A stretch of 64,000 nt of DNA from Alphaproteobacteria bacterium (GTDB lineage: Bacteria; Pseudomonadota; Alphaproteobacteria; SP197): the NCBI GenBank assembly GCA_964291265.2, contig OZ219747.1, positions 4,256,001 through 4,320,000 of the forward strand, written 5' to 3'. Under the pieces are notes generated by a model, which worked only from the letters and a program-made list of their open reading frames with translations, was not told where the DNA came from and ran no database searches. Position 1 is the first letter of the stretch, and the number at the start of each line of letters is the position of its first letter. Made by a program: the position numbers and the translations under genes. Shown here piece by piece: positions 30,210 to 41,638 of the stretch.

Positions 30210-30398
30210 CTGGAGAACATCGCTTTCCTGGGCAACAAACGACCGAGGTCAGGGTTCGCCGGTGAGTGTCATGTCGACGGAGGCAGGAGTGGCCACACGG
30301 AAACTTGAGACGCGGGCCGGAATTCGCGAAAAGCGCATTGTGGAGTGGTGCATCTCCATGCAGACGTGGCAATCTTGTATGCGGCCCTTGTTTGTCGA

Positions 30399-31292
30399 AT
30401 GCATGACATGATCGATCTCAGCCCTCCTTCCTATCCAGGTCTGACCTTCCGGACGTTACCGAACCTTGCGTGGCCGGACGGGGCCGCCTGCGGCGTGATC
30501 GTCGCGTGGCACGTCGACGGCGAGGCGGGGCCGATGGCTTCGGACCGCAACGTCGTCAACCATGTCGCGGCAATTTCCGAGGCGGCTTACGGATTGACGA
30601 CCGCCATGCCGCGCATCCTGGGCCTGCACCGCGATCTCGGGGTCCCCGGGACCTTCTTCGTTCCGGCCCACGTGGCCGAACGTCATCCAGGGATGATGAA
30701 GACCATCGTCGGCGACGGACACGAGATTGCCCACCATGGCTATATGCACGAGAATGTCTTCGGCCTGGCCGAGGCCGACGAACGCGCCCTCTTCGGGCAT
30801 GCATCAGCGATCCTGCAGCGGATCACCGGCCGGCAACCCAGGGGCTGGAGCGCTCCGGGCTGGGGGGTGACGGAGCAGACCCTGTCGATCATGGCCTCCA
30901 TGGGCATGGCCTATGATGCCAGCCTGATGGAACGAGACGTGCCCCACATGGTGGACACCACGGCCGGCACGCTCGTCGAACTGCCGATCTCCATGGTGCT
31001 GGACGACTGGGCGCTGTTTGGCTCCTCGCTCCACGGCGGAGGCATCAGCAGCCTGGCACGCGCAACCGAGGCCGAGGCCATCTGGCGCGAGGAGTTCGAC
31101 GGTCTGCGACGATTTGGCGGCCTCTTTCAGAGCACGTTTCATCCCAACCTGATGGGGCGGCCGGGACGACTCGTCATGCTCGAGCGCCTGTTGCGCGGCA
31201 TGCAGGCATGCAGCGGCGTTTGGTGGGGCACCTGCGAACAGGCGGCGGATCACGTGCGAAGGCTTCATGACGAAGGGCAGAGCGGCGCATGA
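30399..31292 (+). CDS. polysaccharide deacetylase family protein (PuuE/HpPgdA-like)
   Basis: WPDGA, TFFVP, HEIAHHGYMHE, LDDW, FHP..GRPGR. Confidence 0.85.
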   Translation: MHDMIDLSPPSYPGLTFRTLPNLAWPDGAACGVIVAWHVDGEAGPMASDRNVVNHVAAISEAAYGLTTAMPRILGLHRDLGVPGTFFVPAHVAERHPGMMKTIVGDGHEIAHHGYMHENVFGLAEADERALFGHASAILQRITGRQPRGWSAPGWGVTEQTLSIMASMGMAYDASLMERDVPHMVDTTAGTLVELPISMVLDDWALFGSSLHGGGISSLARATEAEAIWREEFDGLRRFGGLFQSTFHPNLMGRPGRLVMLERLLRGMQACSGVWWGTCEQAADHVRRLHDEGQSGA

Positions 31293-31912
31293 CGCGGTCC
31301 GATGCGCCGCTCCTTCCGGCGCACAGATCAGCGGACGACAGGCGCGGCGGTGGGACGAACAAGGGGACTGTTGCGAGGCATACCGTGAACGACCTGATCG
31401 ATTTCCTTGTGGTGGCCAGACGCGAAACCTATGCGATCCCGGACGGCACCGATGTCGGCGACGGAACCTGGCACATGCTCTTCGACTCGGGAAACTGGCG
31501 ATACCGCGACCGCTACGCAGGAACAAACCCCTACGGCGGCCACGAGATCGTGTGGCGCGACGGCTCGGTCGTCTGGATGCAGAACTACATGGCCGAGATT
31601 GTATCCGACCTGCGGCCCATGGATGAAATCTACGATTTCCAGCGCGAGGTGCTGGGCCAGCCTGACCGCAATCACCTGATGCGCGGGCCCGAACAACACG
31701 CCCGCGGTCCGTACCGCTACGTCAACAGCGTCGAGGGTACACTCGTTCGTTTCAGCGGGATCGAAACCATCTCCTATGCCGGGACGCCCGTCTACCGCAT
31801 GATCTTCCATGGCGGAGTCGTTGGCTCAAGGTCTCCGCATGAAGCTCTTCAGGCTCCGGGCCCTGGTCTTGCCGGAAGGGAATTGTCCCTGTCGGACGAG
31901 GGGCGGCGATGA
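31289..31912 (+). CDS. DUF5680-like protein
   Basis: FLVVARRETYA, YRDRY, GHEIVW, W.QNY, FSGIETI, FHGG; start may be GTG 31385. Confidence 0.6.
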   Translation: MTRSDAPLLPAHRSADDRRGGGTNKGTVARHTVNDLIDFLVVARRETYAIPDGTDVGDGTWHMLFDSGNWRYRDRYAGTNPYGGHEIVWRDGSVVWMQNYMAEIVSDLRPMDEIYDFQREVLGQPDRNHLMRGPEQHARGPYRYVNSVEGTLVRFSGIETISYAGTPVYRMIFHGGVVGSRSPHEALQAPGPGLAGRELSLSDEGRR

Positions 31913-31951
31913 CGCGACCGTCTCGAGCTTGCACGAGTCCGCCCGCTTAGA

Positions 31952-32337
31952 CCGAAGTTCCAGCGCCGTTCAGACGTATCGTTATGAATGTATTGACGTT
32001 TGAGAGAATCGGGTGTGTCGCTACTGGGAACGCTAGAGGCGCACGCCGAGGTGGTTCAGGTCCTTTTTGTGGAGCGTCGTGGGCCGCGTGGTGATCTGGA
32101 AGGGCCGCAGGGTTTCGACGTTCTCCATGGGCCAGGAGGATAGATTAGTGGCGGGGGGCTCATGCGGTTGGGGACGATGTCCACGTACATGGCAACGTAC
32201 ATGGGGGCAACAGCCGCCTGTGTCAACAGGGTGTTGCACCGTTACATGGGAACTTCTGCATGTTGTCTCTGTGCGGTTTTATCAGTAAGTTCAACTACTT
32301 GATGTGGTTATAGCGCTGAAATCGTCCGGAACTTCGG
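31952..32337 (-). mobile_element. 386-bp MITE derived from an IS1634-family element
   Basis: TIR CCGAAGTTCC / GGAACTTCGG; 6-bp TSD CTTAGA (31946-51, 32338-43); residual transposase N- and C-terminal peptides on the minus strand. Confidence 0.85.
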
Positions 32338-32422
32338 CTTAGACGTCAGGATCAACCGGAAGACCGACGCCCTAAGCCGTTGATCGAAAGCGTTCGGCCA
32401 GGCGGTGATGGACAGGACGGCG

Positions 32423-33757
32423 TCAGCCGGCAACATAGGGATTGCGGGTCGACCTGAAGCGCAACCTGAGCGGAATGCCGGGCAGATCGAAGTCCTGCCG
32501 CAGACGGTTGACGAGGTAGCGCCGGTAGGAATCCGGGAGGCCGGCCAGTCTGCTGCCGAAGACGGCAAGGGTTGGGGGTCGCGATCCAGTCTGGGTGACG
32601 TAGCGCAACCGCGCCCTGCCGCCCCTCACCACGGGCGGGGGATGTCGCTCCACAGTCACGGCAAGCCATCTGTTGAGGTCCGCCGTGGCGAGGCGCCGTG
32701 TCCAGCGATCCTGAACGTCCACCACCGCCGGCATGAGCCGGTCCACACCCTGGCCGTCGGCCGCGCTCATCGTGAGCATCGGAGCGCCGCGCACCCGAGG
32801 CAGGAGTTCCGCAAGCCGCAGGCCCAGTTCACGCTTGAGTGTTCGCGGCTCGTCGGCAAGGTCCCACTTGTTGATGACGACAACGAGGCCACGACCCTCA
32901 CGCTGGACGTAATCGACTATGGCGAGATCCTGGTGATCGAACGCCTGATGCGTCTCCAGCACGACGACCACGATGTGCGCCTTGCGGATCGCCGCGAAAC
33001 TGTCGGCCACCGAGAGTTTCTCGACACGTTCCACCCTGCGGGAGCGACGCCTGATACCGGCGGTATCGATGAGTTCGATCTCGCGTCCGCAGAAGGACCA
33101 GCGCGCGGCGATGGCATCACGCGTCAGCCCCGGTTCGGGCCCGGTGATCACGCGCTCGCTGCCAAGGAGGCGGTTGACGAGGGTCGACTTGCCGACATTG
33201 GGCCGGCCGACGATGGCGAGGCGCAGGCGACGCCCGTCGTCATCGGCGCCATCTCCGTCAGCAGCCGGGGCATGGTGGGCGAGAGCGTCATGAAGGGCGG
33301 CCATGCCGTCGCCGTGTTCGGCGGAAACAGCGACAGGGTCGCCAAATCCCAGCGAGAACGCATCCCAGACTCCGGCCATCGCCGTGCGTGCCTCGGCCTT
33401 GTTGGCCACCAGGATCACGGGTGCTTCCGCCTTGCGCAATTCGCTGGCGACCTGCCTGTCACGCGCCGTCACGCCTTGGCGTGCGTCCATGACGAAGAGC
33501 AGGACATCAGCCTCGAGGAGAGCTTCGTCGGTCTGTTCACGCATGCGTTCCGCCATGGTCCCCGACACCGCGTCCTCGAGTCCCGCCGTATCGACAAGGC
33601 GGAAGGTCAGGGGCCCGATCCTGCCCTCGCCCTCCCGGCGGTCCCGCGTAACGCCTGGCTGCGGGTCGACCAGCGCCTCACGCCGACCGGTCAGGCGATT
33701 GAAGAGCGTGGACTTGCCGACATTGGGCCGGCCGACGATGGCGACCGTGAACGGCAC
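32423..33757 (-). CDS. der: ribosome biogenesis GTPase Der
   Basis: Two GRPNVGKSTL / DTAG / NK GTPase domains. Confidence 0.96.
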   Translation of the reverse strand: MPFTVAIVGRPNVGKSTLFNRLTGRREALVDPQPGVTRDRREGEGRIGPLTFRLVDTAGLEDAVSGTMAERMREQTDEALLEADVLLFVMDARQGVTARDRQVASELRKAEAPVILVANKAEARTAMAGVWDAFSLGFGDPVAVSAEHGDGMAALHDALAHHAPAADGDGADDDGRRLRLAIVGRPNVGKSTLVNRLLGSERVITGPEPGLTRDAIAARWSFCGREIELIDTAGIRRRSRRVERVEKLSVADSFAAIRKAHIVVVVLETHQAFDHQDLAIVDYVQREGRGLVVVINKWDLADEPRTLKRELGLRLAELLPRVRGAPMLTMSAADGQGVDRLMPAVVDVQDRWTRRLATADLNRWLAVTVERHPPPVVRGGRARLRYVTQTGSRPPTLAVFGSRLAGLPDSYRRYLVNRLRQDFDLPGIPLRLRFRSTRNPYVAG

Positions 33758-33761
33758 TCGA

Positions 33762-35072
33762 CTAGTCGAGAACGGTCAAGGCGCCCGAGTCGCCAACGAA
33801 GTAGAGTCTCGCGTTCGCGACAACAGGCGGCAGGGGCAGTCCGCGGTCCACCGACAGCGAGTCGATGATGTCGCCCGTGTGGGGTGAAAGAGTGACAGCA
33901 TCCCCGTGGCTTCCCGCCACGATCAGTCTATCGCCCGCGAGCACCGGCCCCGACCACAGAATGACGCCCTCCTTGTCCTCGGGATCCTCGTACAACGGCA
34001 ACCGGGTGATCCAGCGTACACGGCCGTCTTCCTTCAGGAAGCAGATGATCTCCGCATCACTGGTCACCACCCAGAGATGGTCACCGGCCACCCATGGCGT
34101 TTGCGTGATCGAGAGATTCTGTTCCCAGACCCTGATACCCCGCGTGACATCGATGGCTGCCAGTCGTCCGCCATAGCTGGCGACGAACACGAGATCGTGA
34201 TCGATGACGGCACTGCCGTTGATGTCATCGAGACCTGCCACGACGCCGGCCTGTCCGCCCTGTGCAAGGACATCGCTCCACACCACGCGGCCGTTCTCCG
34301 CTCTCAGGGCCACCACCTCACCAGTCGTGTAGGTCGCCACGACGAAGGATCCGGCAATGCTTGGCCCGCCGCCTCCCATAAGCGAGGCCGCCCCGAGAAG
34401 CCCGCGATGGACCCACAGGGAATCACCGGTCGCCGCATCCAGGGTCAGGAGCGTGTTGTCCGCGGTGACGACATGAACACGCCCCTGGCTTGCCGCCGGC
34501 GGCGTGCGGATCGGCGGGCCGGCGTCGATGCGCCACAAGGGAACGCCGTTGGCCGGATCGAGTGCCATGATCTCGCCATTGCCGGTTGTGACGAAGAGCC
34601 GGCCATCATCGAAGGCAAGGCCACCTCCCCAGCCGTCATCTTCCTCGGCGGCGGTGATGTCGGTGCTCCACAACGACGTTCCGGTCGCCGCATCAAGGGC
34701 AGAGACCCGGGTATCGGAATCGATCGCGAACACCATGCCCCCGGCAATGACAGGTGTTCCCACCAGCCGGCGCGAATCACTTCGACCATCGCCGATGGTG
34801 CGCGACCAGACCCGTTCCCATGATCCGCCGTGGGCCAGATGATGCATCGCCTTGTCGAGACTGCCGCCGTACTGGGGCCAATCCGGATTGAGGCGCACCG
34901 GGGGCAGCTCCAACGGCGTGGAGGCGAGTTCCGGGTCGCTTGCCAGACCGGAACCGAGTTCCAGGATGGCAATGCGTTCGCCCTCGAGCGGTGACGGTGG
35001 CGGATCACCGAACCAGTCGCTTTCGCAGGCGCCCAGCGAAAGGCTTGCCATGGCAAGGATGATCCAGCGCAC
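33762..35072 (-). CDS. PQQ-like beta-propeller lipoprotein (BamB-like)
   Basis: Lipobox LGAC, repeated ALD..TG..LW blades; between YfgM-like gene and der. Confidence 0.85.
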   Translation of the reverse strand: MRWIILAMASLSLGACESDWFGDPPPSPLEGERIAILELGSGLASDPELASTPLELPPVRLNPDWPQYGGSLDKAMHHLAHGGSWERVWSRTIGDGRSDSRRLVGTPVIAGGMVFAIDSDTRVSALDAATGTSLWSTDITAAEEDDGWGGGLAFDDGRLFVTTGNGEIMALDPANGVPLWRIDAGPPIRTPPAASQGRVHVVTADNTLLTLDAATGDSLWVHRGLLGAASLMGGGGPSIAGSFVVATYTTGEVVALRAENGRVVWSDVLAQGGQAGVVAGLDDINGSAVIDHDLVFVASYGGRLAAIDVTRGIRVWEQNLSITQTPWVAGDHLWVVTSDAEIICFLKEDGRVRWITRLPLYEDPEDKEGVILWSGPVLAGDRLIVAGSHGDAVTLSPHTGDIIDSLSVDRGLPLPPVVANARLYFVGDSGALTVLD

Positions 35073-35074
35073 GG

Positions 35075-35737
35075 TCAGTATCTCCCGGTCGTCAGCGACA
35101 GCAGTTCACGTGCCCTCAGCACGGCCGACGGCGGCGCATCGGCGTCATCGACCAGCGCCTCGAAACTCGCCACCGCGAACTCCGTGTCACCTGTCCGCAG
35201 ATGAAGAAGACCCCTGAGCTCCAGGGCAAGAGGACGCCAGGCGCCATCGAGAAGCGGCGCCAGCCGTGCATCGACATCGTCGGGGTCAGCATGATCCACC
35301 ATCAGCATGACCGCATAGAGGGCCGCCAGTTCCCGCCAGGCGGGACGGATGTCGTCCATGGCGGCAAGGTCGTCATAGCGCTGCAATGCCAGGTCCCGCT
35401 CGCCGGCTTCGGCGAGAAGCTGTGCCTCGCGCATGCCGGCAAGCCAGGGATAACCGCCGTGTCCGTCCACATGGAGAGCGCCGAACGCGGACATCGCCTC
35501 GTCAATGTCTCCGGCGTCAACCTGACGTTCGGCGAGCCAGTACCGATAACCGTCGTCGCCGAGCCGGGCCTCCCGGTGCTCGTTCCATCCGGTGTAACCG
35601 GCGATCGCAAGCACCACCACGGCGACGGCGCCAAGCGCTTGGCGGCCATAGGCCCGCCACAGCCGAAGCCATCGTTCCCGCTGGAGGTCTTCCTCGACCT
35701 CGCGAATCAACTGGTCGCCGGCATTGGCCAAGGGCAC
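35075..35737 (-). CDS. YfgM-like TPR membrane protein
   Basis: REVEEDL..ERW..LW..YG followed by TM and helical repeats. Confidence 0.8.
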   Translation of the reverse strand: MPLANAGDQLIREVEEDLQRERWLRLWRAYGRQALGAVAVVVLAIAGYTGWNEHREARLGDDGYRYWLAERQVDAGDIDEAMSAFGALHVDGHGGYPWLAGMREAQLLAEAGERDLALQRYDDLAAMDDIRPAWRELAALYAVMLMVDHADPDDVDARLAPLLDGAWRPLALELRGLLHLRTGDTEFAVASFEALVDDADAPPSAVLRARELLSLTTGRY

Positions 35738-35939
35738 CGCTCCGGAAGTCGCATGGGTCGGACAATCTAGCCACCACCGGGCCCTCCCGCAACCTTGTCA
35801 ATGATCTTCTCAGGATGATCCCGCGCTTGATTTCGCTTGACGTCGAGCGGACGCATGTCGGGTGAGGTGGAGCACCACGCACGGAGGCCGCTCCTCGCCA
35901 GCATCGCGGATCGTTGAGAACGGCCGGGTTGCCCGCCGC

Positions 35940-36290
35940 CGGCATGGCGCCGATGGTCCTCGCCATGTACCTGATGACCACCAAGGACGCGACGGCCAGG
36001 TGGCTCGCCGACAACCACTCCACAGCGCAGATTCTGCCGGTCCGGTTCGTCGCCTTCCCCGGTGTCGCCGCTTGGCTTCTGCAACCGCCCTCCTGGCGGT
36101 GTCTTTCCGAGCGTTGCTTCGGGTTGTCATCCGTCGCCCACAATCGAGACCAGGGCGCCGTGGTTCGCCGCATCGCGATCCTCGTGCCGGGCCTGTCGCG
36201 CCCCCTTCGATCGGCCCCCGGTAACCGTCGGCGATCAGCTCCCGTTCATCCTGATCGGTTGCCTCGATGCGGCTGCTGTTCCGTGCCCTT
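35940..36290 (+). pseudogene. degraded DMT/EamA transporter fragment
   Basis: KDATARWL...QILPVRFVAF, then TRAPW in a shifted frame; no intact ORF. Confidence 0.4.
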
Positions 36291-36425
36291 GAAGTCATCC
36301 GCCTTGATGCTCCAGTCCCTGCACGCTCGTGGTCTGGATCACGCTCAAGGGTTGCAGGTTGTTTGCGGATTCTCCTGACGGCCGGACCATCGTCGGCATC
36401 GGCATCGACAGGGGGTTCCATGCCT

Positions 36426-37313
36426 TCAGCCGCGAGTGCGCATCCCGGTCAGTGCATTGGCAAGAACGGCGCCGATGACAATGGTCCCGCCGATGAGCCC
36501 CGCCAGTGTCGGGCTTTCACCGATGATGAGCCACACCCACAACGGTCCGAGGATCACCTCGGTGAGGGCCAGCACCATGAGTTCGGCCGCCGGGACGTAC
36601 TTCGCGCCTGCGGCGAACAGGACCAGGGCCAGTGCGACCTGGAAGCACCCCATGTAGACGCACAGCACGAAGTCGTGGGTGCTGATGCCGAAACTGTCGA
36701 CAAAGACGACAGCAACGGTGCTGATCACGCACGATGCCATCACCAAGCCCAGCACCATGTCGCCTCGCCGGCCGCCACGAAGGGCGACACCGAAGGCGGC
36801 GAAGGTGACCGCCGCGCCGAGGGCCACCAGATTGCCGACAAGACGTCCCTCGCCGACGCCTTCCCACATCATGATCGCGACCCCCGCCATGGCCGCGCTC
36901 ATGGCGATCCAGGTGATCCGCCTCACCGGTTCGCGCAGCACGACCCAGGCAATCAATGCCGTGAAGAAGGGTTGCGAACTGATGATGAAGAAGACACTGG
37001 CAGCACGCGTATGAAAGAAGGCGAGGATGTAGAGAAGGTTGCTGACCGCGAGAAAGAACCCGGTCGCCAGGGCGGCCTTCCAGCTCGACCGCACCATGGC
37101 CGGCAGAGCCCGGTGATGACGCACGGCAAGGAGGCTCGACAGCACGAGGATGGCCACGATGGAACGGAAGAACTGGACCTGCCAGAATCCCGCCTCTTCC
37201 ATCGAGCCGATGATGACGCCCGACTGGCTGATGAAGACTCCGCCGGCGATGACAAGGAAGACACCCTTCAGATACCGGGGGTGCCTCTGCGATGAACGAT
37301 GTCCGGGCCTCAC
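36426..37313 (-). CDS. DMT/EamA family transporter
   Basis: About 10 TMs, QFFRS, SSQPFFTA..LRE, EVILGPLWVW..GE; start uncertain. Confidence 0.85.
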   Translation of the reverse strand: MRPGHRSSQRHPRYLKGVFLVIAGGVFISQSGVIIGSMEEAGFWQVQFFRSIVAILVLSSLLAVRHHRALPAMVRSSWKAALATGFFLAVSNLLYILAFFHTRAASVFFIISSQPFFTALIAWVVLREPVRRITWIAMSAAMAGVAIMMWEGVGEGRLVGNLVALGAAVTFAAFGVALRGGRRGDMVLGLVMASCVISTVAVVFVDSFGISTHDFVLCVYMGCFQVALALVLFAAGAKYVPAAELMVLALTEVILGPLWVWLIIGESPTLAGLIGGTIVIGAVLANALTGMRTRG

Positions 37314-37341
37314 GCCCGGTTGCCGCCCTGCAAGAGCGACA

Positions 37342-38901
37342 TCATTCCCATTCGATGGTTCCGGGCGGCTTGGAAGTGATGTCGTAGGCGACCCGGTTGA
37401 TGCCCCTGACCTCGTTGACGATACGACTGGCCACGTGTCCGAGGAAGGCATGGTCGAACGCGAAGACGTCGGCCGTCATGCCGTCCGTCGACGTGACGGC
37501 CCGCAGAGCGCAGACATGCTCGTAGGTCCTCTCGTCTCCCATCACGCCAACAGTGCGCACAGGAAGCAGGACGGCGAAGGCCTGCCATATTGCATCATGG
37601 AGACCCGCGCTCTTCAGTTCGTCGATGAAGATGGCATCGGCCCTCTGCAGGAGCGCCACCCGTTCCGGCGTGACCTCGCCCGGGATGCGGATGGCGAGGC
37701 CCGGACCGGGGAATGGGTGGCGGTTGAGCAGGGCATCGGGAAGACCGAGTTCGCGGCCAAGTTCGCGCACCTCGTCCTTGAACAGTTCCCTCAACGGTTC
37801 GACGAGCTCCAGCTTCATGCGTTCGGGGAGGCCGCCAACATTGTGATGGGACTTGATGGTGGATGACGGCCCACCATGGAACGAAACCGATTCGATGACA
37901 TCCGGATAGAGGGTGCCCTGGCCCAGGAAGTCGGCACCGCCCATGGCGCCCGCCGCCGCCTCGAAGACATCGATGAACGTCGAGCCGATGACCCGGCGCT
38001 TGTCCTCGGGCGCGGTGACCCCCGCGAGACGCTCCAGGAAGAGGTCCGGAACATGGCGAACGACGAGGGGAATGGCGTAGTGGCTGCGGAAGAGATGCTC
38101 GACGTCTCGTGCCTCGTTGAGACGCATGAGTCCGTGATCGACAAGGACACATGTCAACCGGGCTCCGATCGCCTCGTGCAGCAGGAGAGCCGTCACCGAA
38201 CTGTCGACACCGCCTGAAAGCCCCATGACGACGCGCCCCGTGCCCACCCGCGCCCGAATGCTCTCGACAGCTCGTGTGCGAAAGGCGGCCATCGACCAGT
38301 CGCTGGCGATACCCGCAACCTGGTGAACGAAGGAACCGATCAGCCGGGCTCCATCGGGCGTGTGAACGACCTCGGGGTGGAACTGGACACCGTAGATGCG
38401 CCGCGCATCGTCGGCGATGGCGGCGAAGGGCGAGGCCGCTGATGTGGCAACCACCCGGAACCCTTCAGGAATGGCCGTGATCCTGTCGCCGTGCGACATC
38501 CATACCTGGTGACGTTCTCCGGGAGACCAGACGTCGTTGAACAGCCTGCAGGTCCCGATGACGTCGACGAACGCGCGTCCGAACTCCCGCTCGTTCGCTG
38601 ATTCGACGGCACCGCCCAGCTGGGAGCAGATCGTCTGCTCGCCATAGCAGATGCCCAGCACCGGCACACCTTCATCGAACACCGCCTGCGGCGCCTGAGG
38701 CGCCTCGCCACTCGTCACCGAATCCGGTCCGCCTGAGAGAATGATGGCAGCGGGAGCAAAGCACCGGATGGTGTGTCCGGCCACGCTGAAGGGCATGATC
38801 TCCGAGTAGACACCCGCCTCGCGGACCCGCCGGGCTATCAGCTGGGTGACCTGTGAACCGAAGTCGAGGATCAGGACCCGGCCGGCGTCGGACACCGCCA
38901 C
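37342..38901 (-). CDS. guaA: GMP synthase (glutamine-hydrolysing)
   Basis: [42 protein letters not shown]. Confidence 0.97.
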   Translation of the reverse strand: MAVSDAGRVLILDFGSQVTQLIARRVREAGVYSEIMPFSVAGHTIRCFAPAAIILSGGPDSVTSGEAPQAPQAVFDEGVPVLGICYGEQTICSQLGGAVESANEREFGRAFVDVIGTCRLFNDVWSPGERHQVWMSHGDRITAIPEGFRVVATSAASPFAAIADDARRIYGVQFHPEVVHTPDGARLIGSFVHQVAGIASDWSMAAFRTRAVESIRARVGTGRVVMGLSGGVDSSVTALLLHEAIGARLTCVLVDHGLMRLNEARDVEHLFRSHYAIPLVVRHVPDLFLERLAGVTAPEDKRRVIGSTFIDVFEAAAGAMGGADFLGQGTLYPDVIESVSFHGGPSSTIKSHHNVGGLPERMKLELVEPLRELFKDEVRELGRELGLPDALLNRHPFPGPGLAIRIPGEVTPERVALLQRADAIFIDELKSAGLHDAIWQAFAVLLPVRTVGVMGDERTYEHVCALRAVTSTDGMTADVFAFDHAFLGHVASRIVNEVRGINRVAYDITSKPPGTIEWE

Positions 38902-40365
38902 CTACCTCTCGGTCTGATAGTTGGGCGCATCGAGCATGGGCGCCACATCGTGGACATGGCTTTCACGCACCCCGGCGCTCGTCACCCTGACGAATCGGCA
39001 GCGGGTGCGCATCGCCTGAATGTCCGAGTTTCCGGTGTAGCCCATGGAGGAGCGCAGGCCCCCGGCCAGCTGGTGCACGATGTGATGCAACGGCCCCTTG
39101 TAGGGTACGCGCCCCTCGACGCCTTCGGGCACCAGCTTGACAATGTCGTTGATGCCTTCCTGGAAGTAGCGGTCAGCCGAGCCGCGGGCCATGGCGCCGA
39201 GCGAACCCATGCCACGATACTGCTTGTAGGAACGTCCGTTGAAGAGAAACACCTCGCCCGGACTCTCGTCCGTGCCGGCGAGGAGGGACCCGATCATCAC
39301 GCTATCCGCTCCGGCAGCAATCGCTTTTGCCAGATCTCCCGAGTACCGGATGCCTCCATCGGCGATCACCGGTGTTCCGGTTCCGGCTGCCTCCCCGACG
39401 ACATCCTCAATGGCTGTCAACTGAGGCACGCCGACACCGGCCACCACGCGCGTGGTGCAGATCGAACCTGGACCGATGCCGACCTTGATGGCATCGGCCC
39501 CATGGTCGATGAGCATGCGCGCACCCTCCGCCGTCGCCACGTTTCCGGCAATCACCTGCGCATGGTTCGACTGCTTCTTGATCATGTCGACGGCGTCGAT
39601 GACACCGCCTGAGTGACCATGCGCGGTATCGACGACCACCACGTCGACGCCGGCATCGATCAGGGCCTCGGCCCGTTCCCATCCATCCCGTCCGGCACCT
39701 GTCGCCGCACCGCAGCGCAGCCGCCCCTGCTCGTCCTTGCAGGCATCCGGATGGGTCGCCGCCTTGTTGATGTCCTTGACAGTGATGAGGCCCTTCAGAC
39801 GACCCTGCGGGTCGACCACGAGAAGTTTCTCGATCCGGTGACGATGCAGCAGGCGCTTCGCCTCGTCGGCCGTGACATCCTCGGTGACGGTGACGAGATT
39901 GTCGGCGGTCATCAGTTCGCACACCGGCTGGTCCATGTCGCTGGCAAACCGGACGTCCCGATTGGTCAGGATTCCAACAACGCGTCTGCTGGCGCCGTCG
40001 ACCACCGGAACGCCCGAGATGTCGTTGTTCGCCATGAGATCGAGTGCGGTCCGCAGCGACTCCCCGGGACCGATGGTGAGGGGGTTGACGACCATGCCCG
40101 ATTCGAACTTCTTGACCCGGCGCACCTCGTTGGCCTGCTCGGTCACGGACATGTTCTTGTGGATGATGCCGATACCGCCGCTTTGGGCCATGGCGATGGC
40201 CATGGCAGATTCCGTCACGGTGTCCATGGCGGCGGACAGCAATGGAATGCCGAGTTCAATGGACTTCGTCAGCCGGGTCGCCGTTGCCACCGAGTCCGGC
40301 AGCACCTGCGAAAAGGCCGGCACGAGGGAAACATCATCGAACGTGAGAGCTTCCCGTATTGTCAT
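38902..40365 (-). CDS. guaB: IMP dehydrogenase
   Basis: [32 protein letters not shown]. Confidence 0.97.
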   Translation of the reverse strand: MTIREALTFDDVSLVPAFSQVLPDSVATATRLTKSIELGIPLLSAAMDTVTESAMAIAMAQSGGIGIIHKNMSVTEQANEVRRVKKFESGMVVNPLTIGPGESLRTALDLMANNDISGVPVVDGASRRVVGILTNRDVRFASDMDQPVCELMTADNLVTVTEDVTADEAKRLLHRHRIEKLLVVDPQGRLKGLITVKDINKAATHPDACKDEQGRLRCGAATGAGRDGWERAEALIDAGVDVVVVDTAHGHSGGVIDAVDMIKKQSNHAQVIAGNVATAEGARMLIDHGADAIKVGIGPGSICTTRVVAGVGVPQLTAIEDVVGEAAGTGTPVIADGGIRYSGDLAKAIAAGADSVMIGSLLAGTDESPGEVFLFNGRSYKQYRGMGSLGAMARGSADRYFQEGINDIVKLVPEGVEGRVPYKGPLHHIVHQLAGGLRSSMGYTGNSDIQAMRTRCRFVRVTSAGVRESHVHDVAPMLDAPNYQTER

Positions 40366-40445
40366 GCGCCACCCACCAGAAGTGGCACGGACAGGTATCA
40401 CGAAGGGACGCGGTGACCAAGGGAAGAGGCGCCGGCCTTGTGCAC

Positions 40446-40480
40446 AAAACCGTGGCGGACGCGAACGCCGCCCGCCACGG
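40446..40480 (-). terminator. Rho-independent terminator after the PotD-like gene
   Basis: 9-bp perfect stem CCGTGGCGG/CCGCCACGG followed by TTTT on the minus strand. Confidence 0.6.
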
Positions 40481-40492
40481 CATGGCGTGGTA

Positions 40493-41638
40493 TCAGAATC
40501 CGGCCTTGACTTCCTCGTACATGGCCTGAAGTTCCGGCTCGTTCCGGATCGTCGCCTGGAAGATGCCGGACGCGATGTAGCCCTCGACGTCCTCGGGAGG
40601 CAGGCCGCGCATCGTCAGTTCGGCAGCCGAAAAGGCCTCGTAGGTCTTGGTGTTTGAATGACCCATGCCGTTGGTCCGCACCCAGTAGTCGCCTGTCGAC
40701 GGAGCGAGGAAGGCATCGATGAGGTCATAGGCGCGGTCGATCTTGGCTTCGTCGGCAAAGGACATCAGCGTGATGCCGCACGTCCACGTCATCGGTCCTT
40801 CCTTCGGATTCATGAACGCCACCGGAATGTCTTCCTGAAGAAGGGCGAGCGGTGTCGAGTTCCACGAAGCGGCAGCCACCAGTTCGCCGGAGGCAAGCGC
40901 CTGCTCCCAGCTCGTGGTGTCGTTCGTGTAGTAGCGCAGCAGGGGCCGCTGCTCGACCATGAGCTGCTTGGTGACCGCGACTTCCTCAGGGGTCATGTCG
41001 AAGGGATCGGCAGCACCTGAATAGATCGCCGCCACCATGACACCGTCGATGAGGCTGTCGATCATCGACAGTCTGCCGGTGTACTTGGGATCCCACAGGA
41101 TCCCCCAGGTGTGTGTTTCCGGATCGATGTACTCAGGTGCCAGATCGGTCCTGAAGGTGACGGAGGTGAGACCCCACCAGGCGCAGACCATGAGCTGCTG
41201 GCCACCGATCATCATGTCCGGCACATTCCTGAGGACGGGGATGACATCGTCCCAGTGGGAGAGCCGACTGGTGTCGATCGGCTGCAGGAAGCCGAAGTCA
41301 TTCCACTTCTGCACCTTGTAGGAGCATGGCATGGCGACATCCGGCCGGAAGCCGGCAACCATCTTGGCCTCCGCTTCCTCTTCGTCACCCCACAGGGTGA
41401 AGTTCGGCGACGCACCGTGCCTGTCGATGTATTCCTGGTGCATTTCCGGCACTTCGTAGCTCGCCCACGTGAAGCAGGTGGGGTGCTCGTCGCCCTGGGC
41501 GAGTGCCGGGTGTCCGGAAAGCGGCGCGACGGTCATGCCGAGTCCCACCGATGCCAGTCCCGCCTTGAACTCACGTCGCGAGAGCCTGCCCATCTTCATG
41601 CGATCGACGAACCGTTCCACGTCTTGTCTGGATTCCAT
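40493..41638 (-). CDS. PotD/PotF-like polyamine ABC substrate-binding protein, Tat-exported, orphan
   Basis: SRREFK Tat motif, [23 protein letters not shown]. Confidence 0.8.
   Translation of the reverse strand: MESRQDVERFVDRMKMGRLSRREFKAGLASVGLGMTVAPLSGHPALAQGDEHPTCFTWASYEVPEMHQEYIDRHGASPNFTLWGDEEEAEAKMVAGFRPDVAMPCSYKVQKWNDFGFLQPIDTSRLSHWDDVIPVLRNVPDMMIGGQQLMVCAWWGLTSVTFRTDLAPEYIDPETHTWGILWDPKYTGRLSMIDSLIDGVMVAAIYSGAADPFDMTPEEVAVTKQLMVEQRPLLRYYTNDTTSWEQALASGELVAAASWNSTPLALLQEDIPVAFMNPKEGPMTWTCGITLMSFADEAKIDRAYDLIDAFLAPSTGDYWVRTNGMGHSNTKTYEAFSAAELTMRGLPPEDVEGYIASGIFQATIRNEPELQAMYEEVKAGF

Noticed and set aside
33186-33744. 34-bp exact direct repeat (33186-33219, 33711-33744)
   Set aside because: Encodes the two G1 motifs (AIVGRPNVGKS) of Der; explained by domain duplication and codon bias.
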